Of a stretch of DNA of 64,000 nt, positions 46,404 to 58,051 are shown in pieces. The translations under genes were made by a program, and so were the position numbers. The DNA lies in NCBI GenBank assembly GCA_965653375.1, contig CBFGZY010000007.1, forward strand, positions 2,614-66,613. Reading direction: 5' to 3'. The notes beneath the pieces are model-generated. The model had not been told where the DNA came from, made no database searches, and was given only the letters and a program-made list of their open reading frames with translations. This stretch comes from an uncultured Pseudoxanthomonas sp. (GTDB taxonomy: Bacteria > Pseudomonadota > Gammaproteobacteria > Xanthomonadales > Xanthomonadaceae). Position 1 is the stretch's first letter, and the number at the start of each line of letters is the position of its first letter.

Positions 46404-46475
46404 CGATTACAAGGGCGACAACGATCTGGCAACGACATCTGGCAATGCACGCAGAAAGCCTCGTGACGGCTTTTA

Positions 46476-46691
46476 TTGTGACGTAGACCTCACTAAACCG
46501 CGGTCATTTGGGCGATTTTTGAGACTTTCATCACAATTTCAAATGTAACAGTCGTAACATCACCTTGTGGTATGGGCGCGGTCGTTAATGTCATGTTAAC
46601 GTCGGTCCACAGGACATTTGACCGTGCGGTGGGACCAAAGGACGGGTCCTGGGGGCCGCATCACATCGGATCGTTTTAGGGGATTCACCAC
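46476..46691 (+). promoter_or_regulatory. Upstream regulatory cassette of TBDR-2 (copy 2)
   Basis: Paralogous to 43289-43503, with conserved spacing and covarying hairpins. Confidence 0.85.
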
Positions 46692-49487
<2,796 letters not shown>

Positions 49488-49507
49488 TTCTGTTTTTGCG
49501 TGACATG

Positions 49508-49535
49508 GACCCGGCGGAAACGCCGGGTCTTTTTT
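49508..49535 (+). terminator. Intrinsic terminator after TBDR-2
   Basis: GACCCGGCG-GAAA-CGCCGGGTC followed by TTTTTT. Confidence 0.92.
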
Positions 49536-49760
49536 GCGTACCGCTTGGCGGCTTCCTTCGATGGTCAAGACCATCTCAAGATACACAAGACTCATCGCCA
49601 TTTAGGAAGTTGCAGAGCATCAAGCAAACAATCAACTCTGACCCAGCCTTGGCCAGGCTCATGTCAGGGAACCCAGCATTTTGAGTGCATGGTTAGTTCG
49701 GGGGTCCGCCCTGAGGTAATGACGACCAAGCATCACGACCACTTTGCATGAGGAAAATCG

Positions 49761-51761
49761 ATGAAGCATTCGCTGCCAGCCACGTTCTTGGCCGTCGCCG
49801 GAGTATTCGCACTCTCAAGCGCCGGCGCTGCAACCTTGCAGCCTGTTTCGGACTTTGTAAGTCATCCTACCTACAGCGCCGTCAAGATATCGCCGACCGG
49901 CGAATACTTGGCAATGACGGTCGACCGTGGGGATCAGGATGTTCTCACCGTCCTTCGGACAAGCGACCTGAAGCTGATCAAAGTCAACCAGCTGCCTGAC
50001 AAGAAAAGCGTTGGTTCATTCTATTGGACAAGCCCCAATCGGTTGATGTTCAACGCCATCAAGAAAATCGGCGGTTTTGCCCAGCCGTTCGCCACAGGCG
50101 AGTGGTTCGCCGTGAATGCCGATGGCACACAGCCACGTCCGCTGATCTTCTACGGAACACGAGACGCCACCCAGCGCGGGAAGACCGTGGGTGCGGAACG
50201 CTTTACATTGTTGGACACTTTGCAGGACGACGATGAGAACGTCATCATGCAAGTCACTTCACCACGGTCCTCGGAGGGCGTAGGCACCGAAGTGGTCCGC
50301 ATGGATACGCTCAACGGCCGTCGTACATCGCTCGGGCGCGCGCCGAAGGAAAACTGCAGCATTGCGCTGGATGCCGCCAAGCAGCCTCGCTTCGCCGTGT
50401 GCTCTTCCAGCAAGGACGAGGAAGGCGAGTTCGATGAGCGAAGCGAACTCTATCGGCGAGACGACAAGGGCTGGACGCTGGTCAATGCATCCAAATCGGA
50501 CGGCAAACATCTTGATGTCGTCACCACCACCAGAAATGGCACCGTCTATGCCAGCCAAGACGACGGAAAGTCGCCGCCTGCCATCGGCACATTGGATACC
50601 GCAACCGGCGCGTTCACTGCCCTGTTCCAGGATCCAGTCGCCGAAGTGTCCAACTACATCTGGTCGACGGATGAAACCACGCTCATCGGCGTGGTGACCG
50701 AGGCCGGTGCGCCTGCCGTCAAGCTGATCGATGAAGCCCACCCTGATGCGGAGATCTACGCCTCGCTGGCCAGTGCCTTCGAGGGGCAGATGGTGGATTT
50801 CTCCAGCTATACGCAGGACGGCAAGCGAGTGGTTGTCAGCGTATACAGCGACAGCAATCCCGGCGAGTTGTATCTGTACGACAGGGAGACAGGCAAGGCG
50901 CGCTTCCTGATGAGCAACCGGCCGCAGCTGGACAAGAAGCGCATGGCTTCGGTCAAACCCTTCAACTTCACCGCACGCGACGGCAAGCGCGTGTATGGAT
51001 ACCTGACGATTCCCCAAGGATCCAGCGGCAAGAACCTGCCCATGATCGTCAATCCCCATGGCGGCCCCATCGGTCCTCGTGACGACTGGGCGTTCAACTG
51101 GGAAACCCAACTGCTGGCTAGCCGCGGATACGCGGTCCTGCAGGTGAACTACCGCGGTTCCGGCGGGTACGGCAAGGCATTCCGGGACGCCGGTCATGGC
51201 CAGTGGGGCCAGGGCATCCAGAACGACATCATCGATGCCACCCAGTGGGCCATCAAGAACGGTTACGCGGACGACGAACGAATCTGCATCTACGGCGGTA
51301 GTTTTGGAGGCTACTCTTCGTTGATGGCACCGATTCGTGCACCTGGCCTATTCAAGTGCACTTTCGGGTACGTCGGTGTCTATGACATCGACATGATGTT
51401 CAAGAAAGGGGACATCCCGGAAAACGAACCCGGCCAGCGCTTTCTGCGTCGTACCCATGGCACCGATACAAAGACATGGGCCGAAAACTCACCCGCTCGC
51501 CGCGCAGCCGAAGTCAAGATCCCGGTATACCTGGCGGCAGGCGCGCGCGACGTCCGTACCCCGCCGGAACAAACCGAGTTGATGAACAAAGCGCTGATCG
51601 CTGCGGGCAATTCTCCGGAAGGCATGCTCATTCAATCCGGTGAAATGCACGGCTTTTACGACGTTGCCAATCGCGTGAACCTTTACACGACGATGTTGGA
51701 CTTCTTCGCACGCCACATCGGGGGCGAAGTCACCGTGGGCAACCCCAGCAAGACCGAATAA
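49761..51761 (+). CDS. Secreted S9-family (prolyl oligopeptidase-like) peptidase
   Basis: Signal peptide; N-terminal propeller; PHGGP, NYRGSGGYG, nucleophile GGSFGG, D (RDVRT), H (EMHGF). Confidence 0.93.
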   Translation: MKHSLPATFLAVAGVFALSSAGAATLQPVSDFVSHPTYSAVKISPTGEYLAMTVDRGDQDVLTVLRTSDLKLIKVNQLPDKKSVGSFYWTSPNRLMFNAIKKIGGFAQPFATGEWFAVNADGTQPRPLIFYGTRDATQRGKTVGAERFTLLDTLQDDDENVIMQVTSPRSSEGVGTEVVRMDTLNGRRTSLGRAPKENCSIALDAAKQPRFAVCSSSKDEEGEFDERSELYRRDDKGWTLVNASKSDGKHLDVVTTTRNGTVYASQDDGKSPPAIGTLDTATGAFTALFQDPVAEVSNYIWSTDETTLIGVVTEAGAPAVKLIDEAHPDAEIYASLASAFEGQMVDFSSYTQDGKRVVVSVYSDSNPGELYLYDRETGKARFLMSNRPQLDKKRMASVKPFNFTARDGKRVYGYLTIPQGSSGKNLPMIVNPHGGPIGPRDDWAFNWETQLLASRGYAVLQVNYRGSGGYGKAFRDAGHGQWGQGIQNDIIDATQWAIKNGYADDERICIYGGSFGGYSSLMAPIRAPGLFKCTFGYVGVYDIDMMFKKGDIPENEPGQRFLRRTHGTDTKTWAENSPARRAAEVKIPVYLAAGARDVRTPPEQTELMNKALIAAGNSPEGMLIQSGEMHGFYDVANRVNLYTTMLDFFARHIGGEVTVGNPSKTE

Positions 51762-51778
51762 GCGGCTACGCGTCGCAG

Positions 51779-51805
51779 GAATGGCCGGCTCAACGCCGGC
51801 CATTC
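51779..51805. terminator. Hairpin downstream of the S9 peptidase (weak U-tract)
   Basis: 11-bp stem GAATGGCCGGC/GCCGGCCATTC. Confidence 0.6.
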
Positions 51806-51906
51806 TTATGCACCATTCTTTGGCAGCGTGACTTCCGGTAGAGGCTATATCCGCTAGCTACCTACACAATCAGATCCCATCCACCGGCCGGTCATAGGAA
51901 GGATCC

Positions 51907-52737
51907 ATGGACACATTTCGTACAGCCGTCCGCACACTGATCATGCTGGGCATCTTGCTCGTCCCCGCTGCTGCGCTTGCGCAAAAATCATCCGCATCTG
52001 CGCCGCCGCCCGACCCCACAAAAGATCCTTTGATGCTGTCGGCAGGATTCCTGACCGCACATCCGGACCTGCGATATCGCCTGCTGGGCCTGGATGAGAT
52101 GAAGCAGGGCAAGCATGAGGACGCCTTCCGTTTCTTCCAGCGGGCCGCCTTCTACGCGGACAAACCATCGCAAGGCATGGTGGCCGAAATGCTGTGGAAT
52201 GGCCAAGGAACCGAACGCAATCCATCGCTGGCTTATGCATGGATGGATCTGGCGGCCGAACGCGGATATGCCGGTTTCCTCGGTCTGCGCGAACGCTATT
52301 GGAATGCGCTGACACCGGAGCAGCGGACACGCGCACTGGAGGAGGGCAAAGCGATCTACGCCAAATATGGCGATGCCGCCGCGCAACCCCGACTTGCGAC
52401 CGTCCTGCGACGGGAGCAGCGCAGGCTGACAGGCAGCCGAACGGGCTTTGCCGGAAACGTGCAGATCTACATCCCGGGCCCGGGCGGGTTCGAACAGATC
52501 GACGGGTCCAAGTTCTACGACGAGCGCTACTGGGACCCCAAGCAGTACCAGGCTTGGCATGACAGCATCTGGATGAAGCCCCGTGTCGGTCGCGTCAGCG
52601 TGGGCGAAATGGAGCAGGTCGGCGAAGGTGAGAAACCCGGCTCGCGCATCCCGGCGACAGCGCCACAGACCGACGTTGTGGAACCTACTACCCCAAACCG
52701 GGATGAGGACGGCCTGGGCACCCGGAAAGACGACTGA
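51907..52737 (+). CDS. Exported Sel1-like repeat protein of unknown function
   Basis: Signal peptide; AAFYADKPSQ..VAEMLWNGQG...N..LAYAW..LAAERG is SLR-like. Confidence 0.75.
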   Translation: MDTFRTAVRTLIMLGILLVPAAALAQKSSASAPPPDPTKDPLMLSAGFLTAHPDLRYRLLGLDEMKQGKHEDAFRFFQRAAFYADKPSQGMVAEMLWNGQGTERNPSLAYAWMDLAAERGYAGFLGLRERYWNALTPEQRTRALEEGKAIYAKYGDAAAQPRLATVLRREQRRLTGSRTGFAGNVQIYIPGPGGFEQIDGSKFYDERYWDPKQYQAWHDSIWMKPRVGRVSVGEMEQVGEGEKPGSRIPATAPQTDVVEPTTPNRDEDGLGTRKDD

Positions 52738-52834
52738 AGCCCTTCCTCCATACCCCACCGAATGCGGTATAAAGAACCCATCCCGCCGGCCTTCCCGCCG
52801 GGTGGGGCTCAACCAACATCCCTGGGAGGGGAAT

Positions 52835-53272
52835 ATGCGCAAGACACTGATGGCCGCCTGGCTGGCCGCCCCGCTGATGGCTCTGTCGATGTCGGCTGCC
52901 GCCGCCGATGCGGTGGGCACGTGGAAGACCATCGACAGCGACACCGGCAAGGAAAAATCCATTGTCGAAATCACCCGCACCCCCAGCGGCGTCCTGAGCG
53001 GCCGGATCGTCAAGCTGCTGAACCCCAGCAAGCCCAACCCGGTCTGCGACAAGTGCAAGGACGACCGCAAGAACAAGCCCATCACCGGCATGGAAATCAT
53101 CCGTGGCATGAAGGCCGACGGCACCGACGCCTGGAGCGGCGGCACGATCCTCAAGCCCGATGAAGGCAAGGTCTACAAGTCCAAGATGAAGCTGATCGAT
53201 GGCGGCAAGAAGCTGGAAGTCTCCGGCTGCATCGCCTTCATCTGCAAATCGCAGACCTGGGTCCGCCAGTAA
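52835..53272 (+). CDS. DUF2147-family secreted protein
   Basis: Signal peptide; G.WKTID..TGK.KSIV.I, G.I..P..GK.Y, L.V.GC...IC..QTW.R. Confidence 0.85.
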   Translation: MRKTLMAAWLAAPLMALSMSAAAADAVGTWKTIDSDTGKEKSIVEITRTPSGVLSGRIVKLLNPSKPNPVCDKCKDDRKNKPITGMEIIRGMKADGTDAWSGGTILKPDEGKVYKSKMKLIDGGKKLEVSGCIAFICKSQTWVRQ

Positions 53273-53370
53273 TCCCCTGAAACCAGCACGTCCATTGGCC
53301 CGGCACCGCCGGGCCAATGTGTTTTTGGAGCCCCATGCGATAATCGGCGTTCCCCCGCACGACACTCGCC

Positions 53371-55479
53371 ATGAGCCGCACTGCACTCGTCACCACTGCC
53401 CTGCCCTACGCCAACGGGCCACTCCACCTTGGCCACCTGGTCGGCTATATCCAGGCCGACATCTGGGTGCGGGCCAGGCGGTTGGCGGGAGACACCACCT
53501 ACTTCGTCTGCGCCGACGACACCCACGGCACGCCGATCATGCTGGCGGCGGAAAAGGCCGCGGTGACGCCGGAGGCCTTCATTGCCAATGTCCAGGCCAG
53601 CCATGAGCGCGACTTCGCCGCCTTTGGCGTGGACTTCGATCACTACGATTCCACTCATTCGCGCACCAACCGCGAACTGACCGAAGCGTTCTACGCCAAG
53701 CTGGATGCCGGTGGCCATATCGCCAAGCGCAACGTGGCGCAGTTCTACGACCCGGCCAAAGGCATGTTCCTGCCGGATCGCTACATCAAAGGCATCTGCC
53801 CCAACTGTGGATCGGCCGACCAATACGGCGACAACTGCGAGGTCTGCGGCGCCACCTATGCCCCGACCGACCTGAAGGAGCCGAAGTCGGTGCTGTCCGG
53901 CGCCACGCCGGAAATCCGCGATTCGGAGCATTACTTCTTCGAGGTGGGTGGTTTTCAGTCGTTCCTTCGCCAATGGCTGGCTGGCGATGTCGCCCTGGCC
54001 GGCGTCAAGGCCAAGTTGATGGAGTGGCTGGATGCCGAAGGCGGCCTGCGCGCATGGGATATCTCGCGCGATGCACCTTACTTCGGCTTCGAGATTCCCG
54101 GCGCCCCAGGCAAATATTTTTATGTGTGGCTGGACGCGCCCATCGGCTATCTCAGTAGCTTCAAGGCACTGTGCCAACGCAACGGCCTGGATTTCGAATC
54201 GCATCTCGTGGCCGACACGCAGACCGAACTGCACCACTTCATCGGCAAGGACATCGTCAATTTCCACGGTCTGTTCTGGCCCGCCGTGCTGCATGGCGTG
54301 GGCTACCGCGCGCCGACTCGCCTGCACGTCAACGGCTATCTGATGGTCGATGGCGCCAAGATGTCCAAATCGCGCGGCACCTTCGTGATGGCGCGGACCT
54401 ATCTGGACGTGGGTCTGGAGCCGGAAGCGCTGCGCTACTACTACGCCGCCAAATCCTCCGGCGGGGTCGATGACCTGGATCTCAACCTCGGTGATTTCAC
54501 CGCGCGCGTGAATGCCGACCTGGTAGGCAAGTTCGTGAATCTGGCCAGCCGCTGTGCGGGATTCATCGACAAGCGTTTCGATGGGAAGTTGGCCTCGGCG
54601 TTGCCGGATTCCGCTACCTATACTCGTTTTGTTGCCGCATTGGCGCCGATCCGCGAAGCCTACGAACGCAATGATCCAGCCTCTGCCATCCGGCAGACCA
54701 TGGCGCTTGCCGATGAAGCCAATCGCTATATCGACGACAAGAAGCCGTGGGTGATCGCAAAGGAACTCGATAACGGCCGCTCAGGCGCCGACGCCGAACT
54801 GCAGGCGGTGTGCACGCAGGGCTTGAACCTGTTCCGCGTATTGTCCGCTGCGCTCAAACCCGTGTTGCCGCGCACCGCCGCACAAGCAGAAGAATTTCTG
54901 GCCGCACCGGTCTACGCCTGGCGCGACTTGGACGCTCCGCTGCTCGCACACAGCATCAAGCCGTATTCGCCGCTATTCACCCGTATCGACCCGAAACTGA
55001 TCGACGCCATGACCGAAGCTTCCAAAGACACCCTTGCTCCCGCTGCCTCGCCGAACGCAGGAGCGACGCCAAACTCCGCTGGGAAAGCGGTCGCGACTGA
55101 CCGGCGCTCGCATGCCAGCGCCACTCCTACAAAGGAAGCTGCCGGCGGTTTGATCGGCATCGACGATTTCGCCAAGCTCGACCTGCGTATCGGCAAGGTG
55201 CTGGCATGCGAATTCGTTGAAGGCTCGGACAAACTGCTCCGCTTCGAACTGGATGCCGGCGAATTGGGCAAGCGGCAGATCTTTTCCGGCATCCGCGCCA
55301 GCTACGGCGAACCGGAAAAACTGATAGGCCGCAGCGTGGTATTCATCGCCAATCTGGCGCCACGCAAGATGCGCTTCGGTATCAGCGAAGGAATGATCCT
55401 GTCGGCCGGTTTCGATGGCGGCGCGCTGGCTCTGCTGAACGCCGACAGCGGCGCCCAGGCGGGTATGCCGGTACGCTGA
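53371..55479 (+). CDS. metG: Methionine--tRNA ligase
   Basis: TALPYANGPLHLGH, CADDTHG, Zn knuckle, KMSKS, C-terminal tRNA-binding domain (DFAKLDLRIG). Confidence 0.99.
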   Translation: MSRTALVTTALPYANGPLHLGHLVGYIQADIWVRARRLAGDTTYFVCADDTHGTPIMLAAEKAAVTPEAFIANVQASHERDFAAFGVDFDHYDSTHSRTNRELTEAFYAKLDAGGHIAKRNVAQFYDPAKGMFLPDRYIKGICPNCGSADQYGDNCEVCGATYAPTDLKEPKSVLSGATPEIRDSEHYFFEVGGFQSFLRQWLAGDVALAGVKAKLMEWLDAEGGLRAWDISRDAPYFGFEIPGAPGKYFYVWLDAPIGYLSSFKALCQRNGLDFESHLVADTQTELHHFIGKDIVNFHGLFWPAVLHGVGYRAPTRLHVNGYLMVDGAKMSKSRGTFVMARTYLDVGLEPEALRYYYAAKSSGGVDDLDLNLGDFTARVNADLVGKFVNLASRCAGFIDKRFDGKLASALPDSATYTRFVAALAPIREAYERNDPASAIRQTMALADEANRYIDDKKPWVIAKELDNGRSGADAELQAVCTQGLNLFRVLSAALKPVLPRTAAQAEEFLAAPVYAWRDLDAPLLAHSIKPYSPLFTRIDPKLIDAMTEASKDTLAPAASPNAGATPNSAGKAVATDRRSHASATPTKEAAGGLIGIDDFAKLDLRIGKVLACEFVEGSDKLLRFELDAGELGKRQIFSGIRASYGEPEKLIGRSVVFIANLAPRKMRFGISEGMILSAGFDGGALALLNADSGAQAGMPVR

Positions 55480-55536
55480 GCGTTGCCGCAACGTTGGCAT
55501 CGCAGCACGCATCCGGGCGCGGTACGCTCAACGACA

Positions 55537-55953
55537 ATGTCCAACGCCGATCTAATCGAACGCCTTGATCGCCTTTTGCCGCAGACTCAATGCGGCCAAT
55601 GCGGTTTCGATGGCTGTCGCCCATACGCCGAAGCAATGGCGCGGGGTGAAGCGCAGGTCGATCGCTGCCCGCCGGGAGGCGATGACGGTGCGCGGCTGTT
55701 GGCCAAGGCCTTGGGCGTCCCGCCGCTGCCCTACGACCGCAGCCGCGGCACGCACAAGCCAGCAGAAGTGGCAGTGATTGTCGAAGCCGACTGCATCGGC
55801 TGCACCAAATGCATCCAGGCCTGCCCCGTCGACGCCATCATCGGCGGCGCCAAGCATATGCACGTAGTGATAGAGCCACTGTGTACCGGCTGCGAGCTTT
55901 GCGTGCCTGCTTGCCCGGTGGATTGCATCCGGATGGTCGCGGCCGTCGGGTAG
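55537..55953 (+). CDS. Stand-alone RnfB/RsxB-like ferredoxin (short form)
   Basis: [17 protein letters not shown]...CPPGG, then [14 protein letters not shown] and [16 protein letters not shown]. Confidence 0.88.
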   Translation: MSNADLIERLDRLLPQTQCGQCGFDGCRPYAEAMARGEAQVDRCPPGGDDGARLLAKALGVPPLPYDRSRGTHKPAEVAVIVEADCIGCTKCIQACPVDAIIGGAKHMHVVIEPLCTGCELCVPACPVDCIRMVAAVG

Positions 55954-56117
55954 AGCGGAGCTGCACCGCGTGATCTTGTCGCATCGACAGTAACGATGCC
56001 CTCGCAACGGCAGGCAATAGCGGAAGCGCTACGCGCTTCTCGTAGAGCCGAGCTTGCTCGGCTGCTCTTCGCTCTGTGCAGGTCCAACTAAAAGCAGCCA
56101 AGCAAGCTCGGCTCTAC
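55950..56117. repeat. GTAG-REP cluster: one degenerate copy plus a near-perfect doublet
   Basis: GTAGAGCGGAGC at 55950 overlaps the TAG stop; GTAGAGCCGAGCTTGCTCGGCTGCT at 56042-56066; inverted copy at 56093-56117. Confidence 0.92.
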
Positions 56118-56137
56118 GAAGAGCGAAATCGGACCGT

Positions 56138-57094
56138 TTACTTACAAGCGGAACAAACCCGCTCCACCTTGTAGCCTTTGCCACGCAGTTTTTCGACCAC
56201 TCCGTCGCTACCCAGCAGATGGAGGGCACCAACGACGATCAGGGTGTCATCGGAATCGGACTCCGAGAGGCGGCGCTGGATCTTCGGCAGCCATGCGTTG
56301 TTGCGGTCGACGTTGATGCGTTGATAAAGGCGCGGATATTCGCGCTTCATTTCGCCGGCCATCTTGTTCCAGAGCAGGTCGGCATCGCCATTGCGCCAGG
56401 CGCGATGCAAGGCCTCCATCTCGGCCGGTCCTTTCTCGACCTGTTCCAATGCTTCGGAGATGAATTGCCGTTGCTCGGCCATGTCCATGCCATCCAGCAT
56501 GCGGATCTGATCGCTCGCCAGTTCCAGGCCTTCGGTCGGCTTTCCGGCCTCTTTAGCGTTCTCCATGAAATGAGTATCCAAGCCGAGCTTCGGGTCCAAG
56601 CCTTGCTTGGTCATCTCCAAAATGCTGATGGTCAGGCCGACGAACCACGGCTCGAAGGTAGCGAAGTTCGCCAGCGGCAGGCTGCTCTTGCTGGCGTAGT
56701 TCTGCAGCCTTTGCCACGTAGCGGCATCCAGATCGTCCTGCAAGCTCTTGCCATCCCGGCGTAGCGCTGCCTGCATCATCTGCGTCGGTAACGCGGCTGA
56801 TGCCATTTCCGCCGGCGACAGCTCGAACATCAGCGCTTCCGCATCTTCGAATGCCAGGCTCACATCACCGGACAGCGGGTAGTCGCTTGGCCGCAGCAAA
56901 TGGAACGAGCCCAACAGATACACTGCGTTGTCTTGGTCGGAAACCTTCCACAGTAACGGCACCGGCGGCGTTGGCTTGGCAGCTACCTTCGCAGGCGAAT
57001 CGGCACCGGCCGCGAAGGCCGTTGCAATCAGCGTCATGGCCAGCAGCAACGGCTTGATGGAGCGCGGTCGTTTCAGCATGAACATCCCTGTCAT
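56138..57094 (-). CDS. TraB/GumN (Tiki-like) family exported protein
   Basis: LLWKVS...N.VYLLGSFH, GLE...Q, RN..W, VVGALHL.G..GV...L; start chosen at the ATGA overlap with the upstream gene. Confidence 0.9.
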   Translation of the reverse strand: MTGMFMLKRPRSIKPLLLAMTLIATAFAAGADSPAKVAAKPTPPVPLLWKVSDQDNAVYLLGSFHLLRPSDYPLSGDVSLAFEDAEALMFELSPAEMASAALPTQMMQAALRRDGKSLQDDLDAATWQRLQNYASKSSLPLANFATFEPWFVGLTISILEMTKQGLDPKLGLDTHFMENAKEAGKPTEGLELASDQIRMLDGMDMAEQRQFISEALEQVEKGPAEMEALHRAWRNGDADLLWNKMAGEMKREYPRLYQRINVDRNNAWLPKIQRRLSESDSDDTLIVVGALHLLGSDGVVEKLRGKGYKVERVCSACK

Positions 57095-58050
57095 TGAATG
57101 GCGATGGGCTTGGCGTAGGCTTTTTCGCCAGCGGAAATGGCCAGGTTCAGCCGGTTTTCCGGTGGCGGCAGCGGACACGTCGCGTAAGGGGTAAAGGCGC
57201 AAGGCGGGTTGTAGGCACGGTTGAAGTCCAGCATCACCTTGCCGCCGACCGGCACCGCCACATCCAGGAAGCGCCCTGCCGGGTAGCTGCCGTGGCCACT
57301 GGTGCCATCGGCCAGCACGATGAACAACGGACCACCGGGCTGTCCGATGGTTTCCAGCCGATAGGTCGCGCCGTCGCGGCTGAATTCCACCACGCCGGGA
57401 TTGGGCGACTCGGTGGTGATGCCGATGATGTCGCCGATGGCCATCGTTTTACCGGCCGGGTGCGGGACGAAGCGGCCTTCGATCTGCCAAGCCGGATCCA
57501 CCGGCCAGTAATCGAGGCCGGCGAAGTTCAAGCGTGTCTCCGCATCCGCGTACTTCACCCGCAATGCATGGCGTCCGCCGCGTTCGATTATCGACAGATT
57601 CCCTTTGCCCTCGTCGAAACCAATCGTGCTGGGCAGTTCGCCGCGATCGCTTTGAAGTTCCACCCGTCCCTTCAATGGTTCGCCGTTCAACGTCAACGCC
57701 GCGCCGCGTTCCGGGGTGAAGAAAATTTGCTTGTTCTGCTGCGTCAGCATGCCCATCTTGGCCGGCCCCACCGCCAGCTTGATGCCGTTGCCGGCGCTGC
57801 TGCCGATGTAGTGCGCTTTGAGCTCCAGCCAATGCAAGCCAACCAGGCTGGTCCACCCGTCGGGCTTGAGCAACTCTTCTTCGCGTTGCTTTCGCCATGC
57901 GGCGTTGTCCGCCAGGAACTGCGCATCGGCCGTTTTCGTGGTCGACGCGGTTTCGCCTGCCGGTGCCGTTTCACCTGCAGTTTGGTCTTGTCCGCATCCG
58001 GCCAACAAAGCCGACAACATCATCACCCCAGCCCACTTACCACACCCCAT
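57091..58050 (-). CDS. DUF1684-family lipoprotein
   Basis: Lipobox LLAGC; DGWTSLVGLHW, D.TSG..SYPAGRFL, LDFNRAYNPPCAF...ATCPLPP.EN.L...I.AGEK. Confidence 0.88.
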   Translation of the reverse strand: MGCGKWAGVMMLSALLAGCGQDQTAGETAPAGETASTTKTADAQFLADNAAWRKQREEELLKPDGWTSLVGLHWLELKAHYIGSSAGNGIKLAVGPAKMGMLTQQNKQIFFTPERGAALTLNGEPLKGRVELQSDRGELPSTIGFDEGKGNLSIIERGGRHALRVKYADAETRLNFAGLDYWPVDPAWQIEGRFVPHPAGKTMAIGDIIGITTESPNPGVVEFSRDGATYRLETIGQPGGPLFIVLADGTSGHGSYPAGRFLDVAVPVGGKVMLDFNRAYNPPCAFTPYATCPLPPPENRLNLAISAGEKAYAKPIAIQ

Positions 58051-58051
58051 G

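Noticed and set aside
49540-49760. Small hairpins upstream of the S9 peptidase (GATGGTC/GACCATC; AGCCT/AGGCT)
   Set aside because: There is no second copy or covariation to support them, and they do not match the TBDR cassette.
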